DNA from: Gordius albopunctatus
Lineage: Eukaryota
Length of the DNA: 64,000 nt
Reading direction: 5' to 3'
Assembly (NCBI GenBank): GCA_964276515.1
Contig: OZ193909.1
Coordinates: 19,778,001-19,842,000 of the forward strand
Below, piece after piece: positions 63,285 through 64,000 of this stretch. Under the pieces are notes generated by a model. It made no database searches. It was not told the DNA's origin and saw nothing but the letters and a program-made list of their open reading frames with translations. Each line of letters begins with the position of its first letter. The stretch's first letter is position 1. A program made the position numbers and the translations under genes.

Positions 63285-64000
63285 ACGAATCCCGAGGAGG
63301 CCAAAATTTTTTTTATCTTTTTTTAATTAAAATATTTTTGTTCTTGTTACTACCCTTGATAATATGCCTTTTTGGCAGCCCGCTGGCTGCTGACCAATGA
63401 AAAAATGGACCTTTGGCCAAAATGTGAATCGAAGTTTTTTTCCGTTTTTTACTCTTATGATTGTTCTTGTTAATACCGTTGATAATATGGCTTTTTGGCC
63501 GTCCGCTGGCTGCTGACAATGGAAAAAAATAACCAATGACCAAAGTGTGAATCGAACTTTTTTTTGTTTTTTTGGCTAATATTGATAATTACCCTTTGCC
63601 CCCCTTACAAGGGCCTATACCTCTACTTATATGGGTCCCTGTGCCCCTCCCCCCCCCCCACAAAGGCTTATGGCTCTCCTAATGTGGGTTCGAATCCCGG
63701 AGATGCCAAATTATTTTATTTTTTTTTTATTAATATATTACTCTTGTTACTACCATTGATAATATGCCTTTTTGGCAGCCCGCTGGCTGCTGACCAATGG
63801 AAAAGAATGACCATTGGCCAAATTGTGAAACAAATTTTTTTTCGTTCTTTTTGACTCCTATGTATTAATAGACTACTTTTGGTACTGACCAATGAAAAAA
63901 ATGAGCATTGGCCAAATTGTGAAACAAATTTTTTTTCGTTTTTTTTACTCTTATGTATTTATATCAACTTTTAACGTCTCCTGACTGCTGATCAATGGAA
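63285..64000. repeat. Degenerate tandem repeat (~95-125 bp units) running off the window end
   Basis: (GC)TGCTGACCAATG-like core at ~63388, 63511, 63788, 63883 and 63986; CGAATCCCG block at ~63287 and ~63691. Confidence 0.7.

Noticed and set aside
63660..63705. tRNA gene
   Set aside because: Only a T-loop/B-box motif; no cloverleaf could be built.

Overview
AT-rich eukaryotic (animal, probably invertebrate) genomic DNA with very short GT-AG introns (36-51 nt). It holds three host genes: a Hakai/CBLL1 RING E3 ligase (minus, 5 exons, ~1059 aa, very long low-complexity tail), ESCRT-I subunit VPS37A (minus, 11 exons, ~378 aa) and an intronless class A 7TM receptor (plus). Most of the rest is nested transposable elements, many with readable target-site duplications (TSDs): Ty3/Gypsy elements (Mag-like and CsRn1-like, one with intact ORFs), RTE LINEs of two families, a CRE-like element, hAT transposons/MITEs and a non-autonomous Helitron family. 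The most striking observation is a non-autonomous LTR element (58510-60959) whose RT/RNase H/integrase core is replaced by an intronless, internally deleted kinesin light chain fragment, in frame with the flanking retroelement coding segments. Also notable: TG...TA LTR termini in three families, a young LTR pair that is identical in U3/R but divergent in U5, and a candidate -1 frameshift pseudoknot. All homology calls come from motif recognition by eye; no searches were run.
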